64,000 nucleotides of DNA from Somniosus microcephalus (taxonomy: Eukaryota): the NCBI GenBank assembly GCA_052327205.1, contig CM126218.1, forward strand, positions 70,494,001 through 70,558,000. The letters are read 5' to 3'. A program made the translations under genes and the position numbers. Shown here piece by piece: positions 10,115 to 23,054 of this stretch. Every line of letters begins with the position of its first letter. The stretch's first letter is position 1. Under the pieces are notes generated by a model. The model was not told the origin of the DNA, made no database searches, and was given only the letters and a program-made list of their open reading frames with translations.

Positions 10115-11883
10115 GCTCCTGGCCGGCCTCCCACCTTGCACCTCCCATAAAGCTGAGCTCATCCAAAACTCTGCTGCCCCTATCCTAGCTCGCACCAAGT
10201 CCCGTTCACCCCCACAGGCCCGAGTCCTAACTTGCACCAAGTCCCGTTCACCCCCCGAGCCCCTATCCTAGCTCGCACCAAGTCCCGTTCACCCCCCGGG
10301 CCCCTATCCTAACTCGCACCAAGTCCCGTTCACCCCACAGGCCCCTATCCTAGCTCGCACCAAGTCCCGTTCACCCCCACAGGCCCGAGTCCTAACTCGC
10401 ACCAAGTCCCGTTCACCCCCCGAGCCCCTATCCTAACTCGCACCAAGTCCCGTTCACCCCCACAGGCCCGAGTCCTAACTCGCACCAAGTCCCGTTCACC
10501 CCACAGGCCCCTATCCTAGCTCGCACCAAGTCCTGTTCACCCCCACAGGCCCCTATCCTAGCTCACACCAAGTCCCGTTCACCCCCCCGGGCCCCTATCC
10601 TAACTCGCACCAAGTCCCATTCACCCCCCGGGCCCCTATCCTAGCTCGCACCAAGTCCCGTTCACCCCACAGGCCCCTATCCTAGCTCGCACCAAGTCCT
10701 GTTCACCCCCACAGGCCCCTATCCTAGCTCACACCAAGTCCCGTTCACCCCCCCAGGCCCGTGTCCTAACTCACACCAAGTCCCATTCACCCCCCCAGGC
10801 CCCTATCCTAGCTCGCACCAAGTCCCGTTCACCCCCCGGGCTCCTATCCTAACTCACACCAAGTCCTGTTCACCCCCACAGGCCCCTATCCTAACTCGCA
10901 CCAAGTCCCGTTCACCCCCCAGGCCCCTATCCTAACTCGCACCAAGTCCCGTTCACCCACCCAGGCCCGTGTCCTAACTCGCACCAAGTCCTGTTCACCC
11001 ACCCAGGCCCGTGTCCTAGCTCGCACCAAGTCCCGTTCACCCCCCGGGCCCCTATCCTAACTCGCACCAAGTCCCGTTCACCCACCCAGGCCTGTGTCCT
11101 AACTCGCACCAAGTCCTGTTCACCCCCACAGGCCCCTATCCTAACTCGCACCAAGTCCCGTTCACCCCCCGGGCCCCTATCCTAACTCGCATCAAGTCCC
11201 GTTCACCCACCCAGGCCCGTGTCCTAACTTGCACCAAGTCCCGTTCACCCACCCAGGCCCGTGTCCTAACTCGCACCAAGTCCCGTTCACCCACCCAGGC
11301 CCGTGTCCTAACTCGCACCAAGTCCTGTTCACCCCCACAGGCCCCTATCCTAGCTCGCACCAAGTCCCGTTCACCCCCCAGGCCCCTATCCTAACTCGCA
11401 CCAAGTCCCGTTCACCCCCACAGGCCCGAGTCCTAACTCGCACCAAGTCCCGTTCATCCATCACCCCTGTGCTCGCTGACCTACTTTGACTCCCGGTCCA
11501 GCAACGCCTCGATTTGAAAATTCTCATCCTTATTTTCAAATCCCTCCATGGCCTCGCCCCTCCCTATCTCTGCAATCTCCTCCAGACACACAACCCCCCG
11601 AGATATCTGCGTTCCTCTAACTCTGGCCTCTTGTGCATCCTCGACTTCCTTCGCTCCACCATTGGCGGCCGTGCCTTCAGTTGCCGAGGCCCTAAGCTCT
11701 GGAATTCCCTCCCTAAGCCTCGTTGCCTCTCTGCCTCTCTCTCCTCCTTTAAGACACTCCTTAAAACCTACCTCTTTGACCAAGCTTTTGATCCTAATAT
11801 CTCCTTTGACAATGCTATTGTGAATCGCCTTGGGATGTTTTACTATGTTGAAGGAGCTATATAAATACAAGTTGTTGCTGTTG
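10115..11883 (+). mobile_element. L2-type LINE 3' fragment carrying an internal minisatellite expansion
   Basis: IQNSAA..ILARTK...HITPVLADL, FKSLHGLAPPYL, GRAFSC..PKLWNSLP, FKTLLKTYLF; tail gcgcttggga...ctatataaatacaagttgttg. Confidence 0.88.
10176..11456. repeat. About 40-bp minisatellite (about 32 units) derived from L2 ORF2
   Basis: Unit gcccctatcctaactcgcaccaagtcccgttcacccccacag with variants. Confidence 0.95.
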
Positions 11884-12371
11884 GATGCAAGGAGGACAGG
11901 TGGTTGTCTTTCCTGACACAGCCATCCCTCACTTTGATCAGCACTCATAGTCTGGAATGTGAAGGGAAGGACCACCCGCCCCCGCCCCCCCACTGGACCC
12001 CTGGATAATCCACAGCAGCATTAATAATGGATCAGGTTTAAGTCTGAGTGCAGCCTTTGACTAAGTGCTAACTGATCACAAAAAGAAAGGGTTTAATAAT
12101 TTATCCGTGCCTTGACTTATTCATTTATATCTGTTACTGTCACTCTGCGTGGGCCACAGACTGCATTAGCAGCACAGGCAGCTCCAAACACACTGCAGGC
12201 CCATATTCAGCAAGGAGGCGATGGGGAGGGGGCTGGTGGTTGGGGGAGTGGGTGGGGGGGTGGGACAGTGTGGTCAGAAATCTCTGCATTACTCTCTGGC
12301 TGCACAGAGAGGCTGCCTCATTTGTGTAGAATATTATAGAGACTTCCAAAGGACAAAGAGTCAGGGCAAGG

Positions 12372-13180
12372 CAACACACCTAGACACAGACACACACACC
12401 TAGACACAGACACAAACACACACCTAGACACAGACACACACACCTAGACACAGACACAAACACACACCTAGACACAGACACACACACCTAGACACAGACA
12501 CAAACACACACCTAGACACAGACACACACACACCTAGACACAGACACACACACACCTAGACACAGACACAAACACACACCTAGACACAGACACAAACACA
12601 CAACTAGACACAGACACACACACCTAGACACAGACACAAACACACACCTAGACACAGACACACACACACACCTAGACACACACCTAGACACAGACACCCA
12701 CACACCTAGACACAGACACCCACCCACCTAGACACAGACACACACACCTAGGCACAGACACCCACACACCTAGACACAGACACACACCTAGACACAGACA
12801 CAAACACACACCTAGACACACAGACACTCACAGCTAGACACACCCACACACCCAGACACAGACACCCAGACACCTAGACACAGGCACCCACACACCTAGA
12901 CACAGACACCCACCCACCTAGACACAGACACACACACCTAGACACAGACACCCACACACCTAGACACAGACACCCACCCACCTAGACACAGACACACACA
13001 CCTAGACACAGACACCCACACACCTAGACACAGACACACACCTAGACACGGACAAACACACACCTAAACACACAGACACTCACAGCTAGACACACCCACA
13101 CACCCAGACACAGACACCCACACACCTAGACACAGACACCCACACACCTAGGCACAGACACCCAGACATACACACACGCG
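12372..13180. repeat. CA-rich compound micro/minisatellite (cctagacacagacacaca)n
   Basis: Directly visible tandem units of about 18-24 bp. Confidence 0.95.
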
Positions 13181-13539
13181 CACTGTGAGCAGCAATCACT
13201 GGGTAGTGATTAGGAGTGGGAAATCTGTCTGAGTTTTATTCCCTCCCTATCTCCGGCACTGAGGTCAGTTGTCATACCTGGCGTGCTGTGTCCAGCTGTG
13301 GTGAAGGCTCTACATCAAGGATCGACCTGAATCGGAGAGGGTGCAGGGGAGGGCAACAAGACTGACCCCAAGAATGAGCTATGAGGAAAGGTTGGAGAAG
13401 GTGGAACTATATAGTGTAGAGAGAAGAGGGTTAAAGGAGGGAATCTCATTGGGGTATGGAAAGTATTAAAGGGCTGCGTGTGGAAGCCGCTATTTGCTTA
13501 GTATAAATCCACTGTAAATAATACTACCACTGAATTCCC

Positions 13540-13930
13540 GTCCGCCAGCTCAGCAGTGACGATGGGGCTGAATGAATTCACTCCACTGTTGTCGGTTCTG
13601 GACTAGCCTGGTCACTTCAGTCATCTGTATCCCTTTCTGTGACAATTCATGCTTGACATTGTCTATCCAGCGCTTCCTTGGTCTTCCTATTCCACGTATC
13701 TCCATGGAGAGTCTGCAGCACAGAAACAGGCCATTCGGCCCAACAGATCTGTGCCGGTGTTTATCCGCCGCACGAGCCTCCTCTCACCTTACTTCATCTA
13801 ACAGTATTCCAGCTGTTTCCATTCTTGAAACCCAGACCATCGCAGTGGTCTTTCTCGGATCTTCCGTATAAGCCTTTGTTTCTTGTCCAAGCCATTAAAA
13901 AAATTATATCATTCTTGATTCTTTACATCC
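13540..13930 (-). mobile_element. RTE-like LINE 3' fragment interrupted by a short CR1 3' fragment (about 13708-13805)
   Basis: Minus-strand translation GRPRKRWIDNVK...NRQQWS and upstream KIRERPLRW resemble the RTE ORF C-terminus. Confidence 0.6.
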
Positions 13931-14179
13931 TGGTTTAAGGGTGCAGGGTAAACAAGCGGACCCAGGAGGGTGGTTCTACTCGCGGTTGGCCTTGACGACT
14001 CACCCAGCTCTCACTAGTGGCTCCAAATGCCACACCCCTGTGACCTTGCCTCAGTTGCCGCGCTGAACCTAGTGAGAGTAGCCGAGGTGTAATGGGCAAA
14101 CGCTTGGCCAATTCTAGATCTCTGAAACCGAGCTGGAAATAATAACTAGCTATAAGGCAGTATTTATGTAGCAAAATCG

Positions 14180-14370
14180 TACTAAGAAAGAAAGAATGAA
14201 AGACTTGCATTTCATGAGCTCAGGATGTTCCAAAGTGCTTTACAGCCAATGAAGTACTTTTTGAAGTGTAGTTGCTGTTGTAATGTAGGAAACACGGCAG
14301 CCATTTGTGCACAGCAAGCTCCCACAAGCAGCAATGTGATAATGACCAGTCATGTTGGTTGAAGGATAAA
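14180..14370 (-). mobile_element. Deu-domain SINE fragment
   Basis: Matches the reverse complement of 9270-9465. Confidence 0.75.
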
Positions 14371-15839
14371 TACTTAAAGTTACAGTGCGTGTGTGTTCAG
14401 TTTTTGATAGTAAGCAGGAGGTAATGTTTGAGGCTACACACAGGAAGGTCCAGATCATAGATCTGTCATGAGCTTGGAGGCCATGGACTGAAGACTCAAA
14501 CGAATGGCTCCATCCTTCTCAAGAACGTCACGTCCCTCAAAAAATAAATCCCTACATGGAGCAAACCCACCGTTAAAGGGAACTCACTGGCATTCGCTCC
14601 TGTGAAGCGCCTTGGGATGTTTTATTGCATTAAAGCGCTATATACATGCAAGTTGTTGTTGTGCTCGTTCATTAGTGCAGGAGCCCGCAATAAAACAGAG
14701 GGGTGTTTAAATAAACTGTCGCAAAGGAATCACCACTGGCTGTAGAAACAGAGAGCGCGAGAGAGAGATCCAATTATACAGGGAAGTGAATCAGCAACAA
14801 GGCTGTCATTTTACTGCAATGATATCATGAACCATAAGGGTGAAGTTCTGGGTGTGGACTTAAAAACCCAGGGATTAAATTAAATTACAGCCTCGTGCTT
14901 ACTTTCTATGCCCAGAGCTGTTATTATGCTGCTCAACATTAACTTGCTCTACAGACAAGGGCTCAGCACATTTTACAGCATGTGTGTTGGAGAGGGGCTC
15001 AGAGCAGAGCAGGCCAGGTGGTACTGGGCCTCAGCTCCAGGTAACAAGCCCAACTCACTGAGCCCAACTTATCTCCATTGAAGAGAAAGGTGGTTGAAGG
15101 AGACACAGTTCAGGTCCTTAAAATATTGAGTCACAGAATCAGACTCCTTCAGAGGGAAAGTGAACTGAGAATCTCGACTTAATACTTTGCCACAGTGAAT
15201 GACTGCTCAGTGAGGTGGACAATGCCAGCAAATTCAAGGGGGACGCGTATAGATATTTGGAGTATGAGAGATATAGTATGGCAGTTTTCAAACTTTGGAA
15301 CCAGACAGTTGGAGCACAGTGCTATACATTCCTATGTACCGATGAGTGGATAATGTAAATGCAAACAGGCTAGATACTGAGCAGAAAACTGAAAGAAAGA
15401 AAAAGAAAAACTGAAGGACACAAATAGAAATAAATATCTCAAACAAAAAAGCTGGTATCAGTAAAAGTGACCATGAAGCTGTCAGATTTTTGTTAAACCC
15501 AACTGGTTCATTAATGTCCTTTAGGGAAGGAAACCTGCCGTCCTTACCTGCTCTGGCCTACACATGACTCCAGTCCCACACCAACATGGTTGACTCATAA
15601 CAGCCCTCTGAAGAGGACCTGAAAGCTGAGTGGCTCCCTCAATCTTTCCTTCCTTCTACAGTCCACAGGCTTTCAAAACCCAAGCTTGGCGTCATGTAAC
15701 CATTAATAATGATTTGCCATTTCTTCCATTTTACTCTTGCCGGTTGCCATGGTAGTTGGATTATGTTAAGGTACATTAGATGACGACGCCTGTTGATTAG
15801 TGACGCCTGTTTGTAAATGGAAACACTTGGAATGAGCTG

Positions 15840-16140
15840 GGCTCCGAGATCTCTGCGCTCCTCCAATTCTGGCCTCTTGCGCATCCCTGACTTCCTTCGC
15901 CTCACCTTTGGCGGCCGTGCCTTCAGCCTAGGCCCTAAGTTCTGGAATTCCCTCCCGAATACTCTGTGCTTCTATCCCCTCCTTAAAACCTACATCTTTG
16001 ACCAAGCTTTTAGTCACTCATCCTAATGTCTCCTTCTTTGGCTCGGTGTCAATTTTTGCCTGATTTGCGCTCCCGTGAAGCTCCTTGGGGTATTTTTACT
16101 ATGTTTAAGGCGCTATATAAATGCCAGTTGTTGTTGTTTG
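15840..16140 (+). mobile_element. L2 LINE 3' fragment
   Basis: RSLRSSNSGLL...GGRAFS...WNSLP and L2 tail. Confidence 0.8.
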
Positions 16141-16449
16141 GTGAAGTAAACGAAAAGGAAGGAGACTGCATGAACCCCACCTTCTCGAGGGATGCGAGGT
16201 TTTACGTCTATTTCCGATCATTATGGTGGGCCTTAGATTTCCAACCAATGAAGACAAGTCTGACTGGGCTTTGTCTAATCAGTTCGCTGAGAAAACAGAA
16301 CTGACAGTTTGGCATCTGTGTTTTTTGTTAACTGAGCACGTGTTGATTTCCTGCTGTGGTGCGGTGTGTTGGCTGAAATGAATACAGATATTGGTATTCA
16401 AGCCAGGCGGCACCTGAGCTGCTGACAGCCTCTTCCTCGGGTTTCACCA

Positions 16450-16767
16450 TCATGACCTCCTGCCTCGCCCCCACACTCCCGCCATTGGCCCATCCTCCAG
16501 ACGCACGACCTTCCCCGCGGCCAATTGGGAGGGGAATAGACTCTTCGTTGTCCAATTGGATAATCGTAACTGTTAGTGAAACAGCCATTCCCCAGCTCCA
16601 ATATTTTTATAACTAACAAATGGAAGTGTTACAAGAAAATGAAAAAACCACCATTTTGTTGATTGCTCCCTAGGATTTTTCTCCTGGGTTGCTGGCGGCA
16701 GCGTCCTGGAGATTAATCTTCAATTCCTGGAGACTCCAGGACAATCCTGGAAGTGTTGGCAACCCTA
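16450..16767 (+). mobile_element. Partial hAT-type MITE (TAGGGTTGCCAAC family)
   Basis: Right TIR gttggcaacccta and body similar to 18915-19154; left TIR not seen. Confidence 0.65.
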
Positions 16768-17149
16768 CCTCTTCCTCTCTCAGATCTGAAACTTTTGTGT
16801 TATACTCCCAGGAGCTGTAACTGATCCTTTTCCCTTTTTCAAAATAATGAAACCAAGGGCTTCCCCAATGGCCTGGGGGTGGTGGGGGTGGGGGGTGTCA
16901 ACTGGTTTTGTTCTTGGAAGTAATCTGCTATCAATCTGCTCAGAAACCAGCACTTTCTCTGCCTCGGGGAGTTTGTCGAACAAGAGTCTAGCTCTTGGGT
17001 AGCAGATTGTGTGTCACGTCATCAGCAGTCACTTGGTCTACTGATGGTTCACTGAGGTTCTCCTGTGAGCAGCTCAGCCACTTAGACTAGGAAGATCCCA
17101 GGTGACTCAGTTGAGTCAGCCAGCATTGATAAAGGTGCCACAATTAAAG

Positions 17150-17850
17150 AAAGACTTACATTATATCGCGCCTTTCATGATCTGAGGGCGCCCCAAAGCG
17201 CTTTACAGCCAATGAAGTACTTAAAAAAAAAGTGCAGACACTGTTGTAATGTAGGAAATGCGACAGACAATTTGCACACAGCAAGCTCCCACAAACAGCA
17301 ATGTAATAAGGACCAGATAATGGCCCAGAATGGGCGGTGTGGGCATCTAGCGCCGCAAGTTGGAATTTTTTCATCACTCTTCAGCTCCAGTTATTGTTGT
17401 GTCGTAAATTGCTGGAAGTGCGAGCTGATAATGGGGCATCTGGGGCCTTGGTGAACGACGGAACCAACAATCTATCTCCTTAACCAACTACATTTAAGGA
17501 TCAAGAAACACAGGAACGGCGGAGAAGGAAAAAAGGTAAATTAAAGGCAAATTAGATACCGAAAGAGAAATAAAGAGGGAAAGAAAGATTGGATTAAGAG
17601 AGAAAAAGAGGGAAAGTAATTTGTGGTGATTCACAACTCACGACGTATTTCTTTTTATCCCACCAATTTCTGGGCCATAATGTTGGTTGAGGAATAAATA
17701 TTGGACAGGACACTGATGAACTCCTCTGCTCTTCTTCGAATAGTACAGTAGGGCCTTTTACTTCCACCTGAGTGGGCAGACTCAGTTTAACGCCTCATCT
17801 GAAAGATGGCACCTCCGACAGTGCAGCACTCCCTCAGTACTGCACTGGAG
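17150..17850 (-). mobile_element. Deu-domain SINE split by a MITE
   Basis: SINE tail at 17150-17320 continues at 17680-17850. Confidence 0.75.
17321..17677. mobile_element. PIF/Harbinger-type MITE
   Basis: TIR TGGCCCAGAA / TTCTGGGCCA flanked by TAA on both sides (17318-17320, 17678-17680). Confidence 0.75.
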
Positions 17851-18914
17851 TGCAATTGGTCTCAGTGTCCTAGAGTTGGGGTGGGTATCAGCTAGGGGGA
17901 ATCCTGCTCCTGATCACTATCCTGTGAATCCTGTTGGAAAGTGCATGTGTGTGAACATCATGTGAAGCCAGGGATGGACCTGACCATGAGGTATCCCTCC
18001 CCAGAGGTCAGCTAGCCAACAAACACCCCCAATGTGGAATCAGACATGGAGAACGGCCACTTGTTCAGGATACTGGGGCAAGCTGGTGCTGGTCTGTAAC
18101 CTGATATCATCGGGGCCCAATACGCATATTTAGGAACATAGGAACAGGAGGAGGCCATTCAGCCCTTCAATTAGATCATGGCTGATCTGTATCTTAACTC
18201 CATCTACCCACCTTGGTTCTGTAACACTTAATACCCATCACAAAATAAAGAATAAAACATAAGGGGCAGAACTTTTTAACTTCAGGCGGAGAGCGAAAAA
18301 GAGGCAGCAACAAATGGGCCACTCGTTATACCATCGCGCCAGATTTTCCTTTCCATTGATTCCAAGCGCTGGGCATCATGTGGCAGTCCAGTCGGTGAGA
18401 CTTTCTTTTCCGCTGAAAAGCCTAGATGAAGGGCTGAGGCTCATGGTGCAGGACAGCACCAAAGTTGAGGTGAGCAGGAGAGACCACCCCTTTAAAAGAA
18501 ACAAGTGTACGACGCTCAGCTCCGCGGGGCGAAAGACAGAATTAGACGTTAGTGATTTTATATAAACAATAACAAAGGAAGAAAAGGTGAGGCAGCTGTT
18601 TAAATGGTGGGGCTGTTTACACAAAACAAGCCAACTAACTGCCTGACTCACGCACACACGCACACACAGGGGCTTAACACAGCTTCATCTTACATCGGGG
18701 ACAGCAGGCCTGGGTTTAAAGCTGTGACTGTGGTCACCGGGACTGAATGGTGTGGAGGGGTGGATCAGGAAGTGACCTTTCACCTCTGGGATTTGATTCG
18801 GAAACAATTCAGATCGACGGGGTGAAAGTTTCTTCTGATTGTTGGCTCTTAATAGTTTGAGATGGGATGAGTCTGGGTCATCACAATCCAGGTCCTGGTG
18901 GCAATGTGCCCAAA

Positions 18915-19154
18915 TAGGGTTGCCAACTCTGGTTGGATGTATTCCTTCATCACATGACCTCCTGCCAAAACAGTAATTTTCCCATCTCCCAATTTTTTTA
19001 AATAATTAATAAAAAAAGTTAAAAGAAAATAAAAAATACAAATTTTTTTTACGGCCCTATGATTTTTTCCCCCAGGCTGTTGGCAGCAGAGTCCAGCAGA
19101 TTAATGTTTCATTCCTGGAGACTCCAGGACAATCATGGAAAGTTGGCAACACTA
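18915..19154. mobile_element. hAT-type MITE, 240 bp
   Basis: TIR TAGGGTTGCCAACT / AGTTGGCAACACTA; perfect 8-bp TSD TGCCCAAA (18907-18914, 19155-19162). Confidence 0.9.
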
Positions 19155-19334
19155 TGCCCAAATCTGCCCTTAAATTGGCACTAAATTGAAGAGCAGGAGT
19201 TATCCCCGGTGTCCTGGCCAATATTTATCCTTCAACCAATATCACTAAAAACAGGTTATCTGGTTGTTATCTCACTGCTGTTTGTGGGAACTTGCTGTGC
19301 ACAAGTTGGCTGCTGAGTTTTCTACAACAATGAT

Positions 19335-19880
19335 CATAGAAACATAGAAGATAGGAGCAGGAGTAGGCCATTCGGCCCCTCGAGCCTGCTCCACCATTCA
19401 CTGAGATCATGGCTGATCATCCAAATTAAGTACCCTGTCCCTGCCTTCTTCCCATATCCCATTAGCCTTAAGAAATATATCTAACTCCTTCTTGAATATA
19501 TTTAATGAACTGGCCTCCACTGCCTTCTGTGGTAGAGAATTCCACAGGTTCACCACTCTCTGGGTGAAGTAATTCCTCCTCATCTCTGTCCTAAATGGCT
19601 TACCCTTTATCCTCAATTCATTAAATATATTCAAGAAGGAGTTGGATATATTTCTTAAGGCTAAAGGGATCAAGGGATATGGGGAGAAAGCAGGGACAGG
19701 GTGCTGAATTTGGATGATCAGCCATGATCGCATTGAATGGCGGAGCAGGCTCGAGGGGCCGAATGGCCTACTCCTGCTCCTATCTTCTATGTTTCTTAGA
19801 CTGTGAGCCCTGGTTCTGGACTCCCTGGCCATCGGGAACATCCTTCCTGCATCTAGTCTGTCTAGTCCTGTTAGAATTTT
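19335..19880 (-). mobile_element. Young CR1 3' fragment containing an inverted copy of its own 3' end, all inserted in a Deu SINE
   Basis: Near-identical to 2346-2497/5959-6180; about 19614-19796 is the same 3' end in the opposite orientation; SINE halves at about 19185-19332 and 19885-19975. Confidence 0.85.
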
Positions 19881-20924
19881 CTAAGTTACAAACTTCAAAA
19901 AGTACTTCATTGGCTGTAAAGCACTCTGGGACGTCCTGAGATAGTGAAAGGCCAAATAAATGCAAGTCTTTATTTTAGTCTCATTTCAAAGCCACAATAT
20001 GGCACCACCTAAAGAATGGTCGCTTGGGCAAAGGAAACCTGATACTCCAGCGAAGAGTCAACGCTTTCAGACAGGAGGGCAGATAATTAAAAAAGACTCA
20101 GTTCAACGTGTTAAGAGGTGTAGAGGGCCTTTAGTGAAACATTTAGACGGCTTAGACACCAAATTGTGGTGAGCTTGAGAGTTTTGGAAAGGCGAATACA
20201 ACTCAAAATGAATCATAAGCAGTCGGCTCAAAACATGGAAAGATCTATTTATAGATTAGATGCTTTTAACAAGCTGCTGTGGCTTCTTGCAAATGATTTA
20301 AAAATAAAACTCCACATTTTCAAATCTCACACAGGAAATCAAAGCAGCACGATTGAAAATGGTGGATTGAGGAGACGACGCCATTACAGGCTAGATGACG
20401 ACTGAACCCGTGTAAAGGGCATCAGATACGGGGAATGATTCAAGATCCTTAAATTTTACAGTCTAGGTAATCAGCGGAGCTTCCATGTATATGAAATAGT
20501 AAATGTGTAAGACATAGGAAACACGGAATATTCTAAGAAAATAGGACTTGAAGAAATGGAAATGAATTAAAAATAAATCTGAACAGATTATCAAATAAAC
20601 TTCTTTTCTCAAAAAGGGAAAATATTAAGATTCAAAAACATGGGGCAAATTCAAAATACAATGAGATGCCATGTCAGGTGAGTTAATGTTCCAGGTGGAT
20701 AACCTTCAATGAATAGATGGCCTTTTCTCATGTTCTTCGCTCCAATATAACCATCTATGATCATTTTGGTAATTGCATTGAAAACCAACAATGCTCCCTC
20801 TACAGTGTTCCAATGGAAGTCCTGCTTGGGTGGTGCTTGGAGCACAAATGGCATCAGTGACTGTGGGTTAGTGGCCAGGGTTCTTTCTCAATGTCACTAT
20901 CTGGTGCCTCCCTGCCATTCCCTA

Positions 20925-21665
20925 ACCACCGGCTCCATCCCTCTCCCTGGCCACTATGAGGCTGAATCAGACCATTTGCAACCCTGACGTCCCATTTGAC
21001 CTCAAGATGAGCTTCCCTCCATCACCAAGACCGCCTACTTCCACCTCCGTAACATCATCCGTCCCCACCCCGCCTCAGCTATTCGGCTGATGAAACCCTC
21101 ATATATGCCTTTGTTACCTCGAGACTTGACTATTCTAATGCTCTCCTGGCCGGTCTTCCAACTTCCATAAACTTGCAATCATCCAAGACTCTGCTGCCCG
21201 TATCATAACTCGTACCAAGTCCCATTCCCCCCATCACCCCTGTGCTCGCAGACCTACATTGGCTCCCAGTCTGGCAGCATTTCAATTTTAAAATTCTCAT
21301 TGTTTTCAAATTCCTCCATGGCCTCACCCCTCCCTATCTCTGTAACCATCTCCAGCCCTACAACCCTCCGAGATCTCTGTGCTCCTCCAATTCTGACCTC
21401 TTATACATCCCCGATTTTAATCACTGCACCATTGGTGGCTGTGCCTTCAGCTGCCTGGGCCCTAGGCTCTGGAATTCCCTCCCTAAGCCTCTCCGCTTCT
21501 CTACCCCTTTCCTTCTTTAAATCCTACCTCTTTGACCAAGCTTTTGGTCACCCCTCCTAATATCTCATGTGACTCGGTGTCAAATGTTGTTTGGTAACGC
21601 TCCTGTGAAGCGTCTGGAGTTTTATTAGGTTAAAGGTGCTATATAAATACACGTCGTTATTGTTG
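20925..21665 (+). mobile_element. L2 LINE 3' fragment
   Basis: TAYFHLRNI, AFVTSRLDYSNALL, HITPVLADLHWLP motifs and L2 tail. Confidence 0.85.
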
Positions 21666-22793
21666 AGGTGTGTATGGAAGGACAGGATTGGGCATGATCA
21701 GAATAGGCCATGATCAGAATAGGCCACCAACACTCAGTGGTGAGGTTCACACATGAAGAATGGGCACTTGGATGAGGTAGTGGAGAGCATCTTATGAAAC
21801 GATGCCTCAGCGATGAAACAATGTCGTCAGGGGTGGACGATGGGATGAAGGAAAATTGGCAAAGAAAAACTACAGGAAGCAGTACAGTACATACAAAAAT
21901 GACAGGCATGAAAAGAACAGCTATTCCATCAAGCCTGCCCCCCACTCATGATAGCTGGAGCCATGACCAGACACTTCTTAATCACCTCCCACCTGCAGCC
22001 ATGTAATCTCCTGGGAGAGGCAAAAAAAGACAAAAACCCAGGGCCAACAAGAGAAAAAATAATCTGGAAAATTTCTCTGACCCCCCCCCCCCCTCCTTTA
22101 GGCGATTGAAACCAGTCCAGATCATAGTAAGCAATCCCTTTCTCCAGTTTTGCATTGTAAACCCTTTCTCGTGCTCTTTTTGAGTTCAGTGTTTCAGGTT
22201 CTGGTTTGCTTGTATTAGTCTTCGGATGGTAGAGGGGTTCAAGCCATCACACCAGAGTCCTGTGCCCATTGACTGATTCCATGCCACCTTAGTTAATGAA
22301 GGATGCTTTACAGTGCGGCTAGTGGACAAACTCTGACACTTCCTGTTGGTTGACTTTTACTCCCAAATCAACTCAGAGTTCAAGCTCCAGCAGTCTCTAA
22401 TATCTCGAGGAGAAAATTTGGTGTGGAGGCGAAGGATGTTAGCGTGGCAGAAGGCACGACTATTCTACTTCTTACGCAACGTATTTCTTCGAAGCACTTC
22501 CACTTCAGGTACATCATGGGTCAGGTGCAGAGGAAAGCTTGCCGCTACTCTACACCAATGATTCTACTGTACCTCATTGGCTGTAATGTGCTTTGGGACA
22601 CCCTGAAGTTGTGAAAGGCGCTATAGAAATGCAAGTCTTTCTTTTCTAACCCTAGAAGAGCACCAGTCTGAGATTGCCAAATTCAGTACTTTGTGTGTCA
22701 TGGGCCCATGCCTACAAGGAACCATGTTGAGATTGACCAATATTAATTTATGTAGGACCCCTATAGGCAAAAAAACATGAATTTGAGAAAGAC

Positions 22794-22799
22794 TTTATT
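22794..22799 (-). promoter_or_regulatory. Candidate distal poly(A) signal of NRF1
   Basis: Minus-strand AATAAA followed about 17 nt later by a U-rich tract (atgttttttt); other minus-strand AATAAA near 23600, 23826 and 29328-29333. Confidence 0.4.
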
Positions 22800-23054
22800 T
22801 GAACCTAGGTCCAAGAAGTGACAGTTTAATTTTGGGTGGGGTACAGGGCAGACACACTGTGGAATGAGGCCAGATTTCATATTCAAGAGGAAATAAAACC
22901 TGGGCTTGTTATGGTTTGTGCATGATTGTGTGTGTTTACCAAATAAATACAAGGGCACTTATCAGGGTCCAGTCCTCATTATGTTCAGCTGGCACTGAAT
23001 GTATTTAAAGTATCAAATCTACACATCATCTTCTCAAGTGCATTGCTAGCTTTA

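Noticed and set aside
10927-11539. Repetitive ORFs (ERDLVRVRT...)
   Set aside because: Translations of the L2-derived minisatellite
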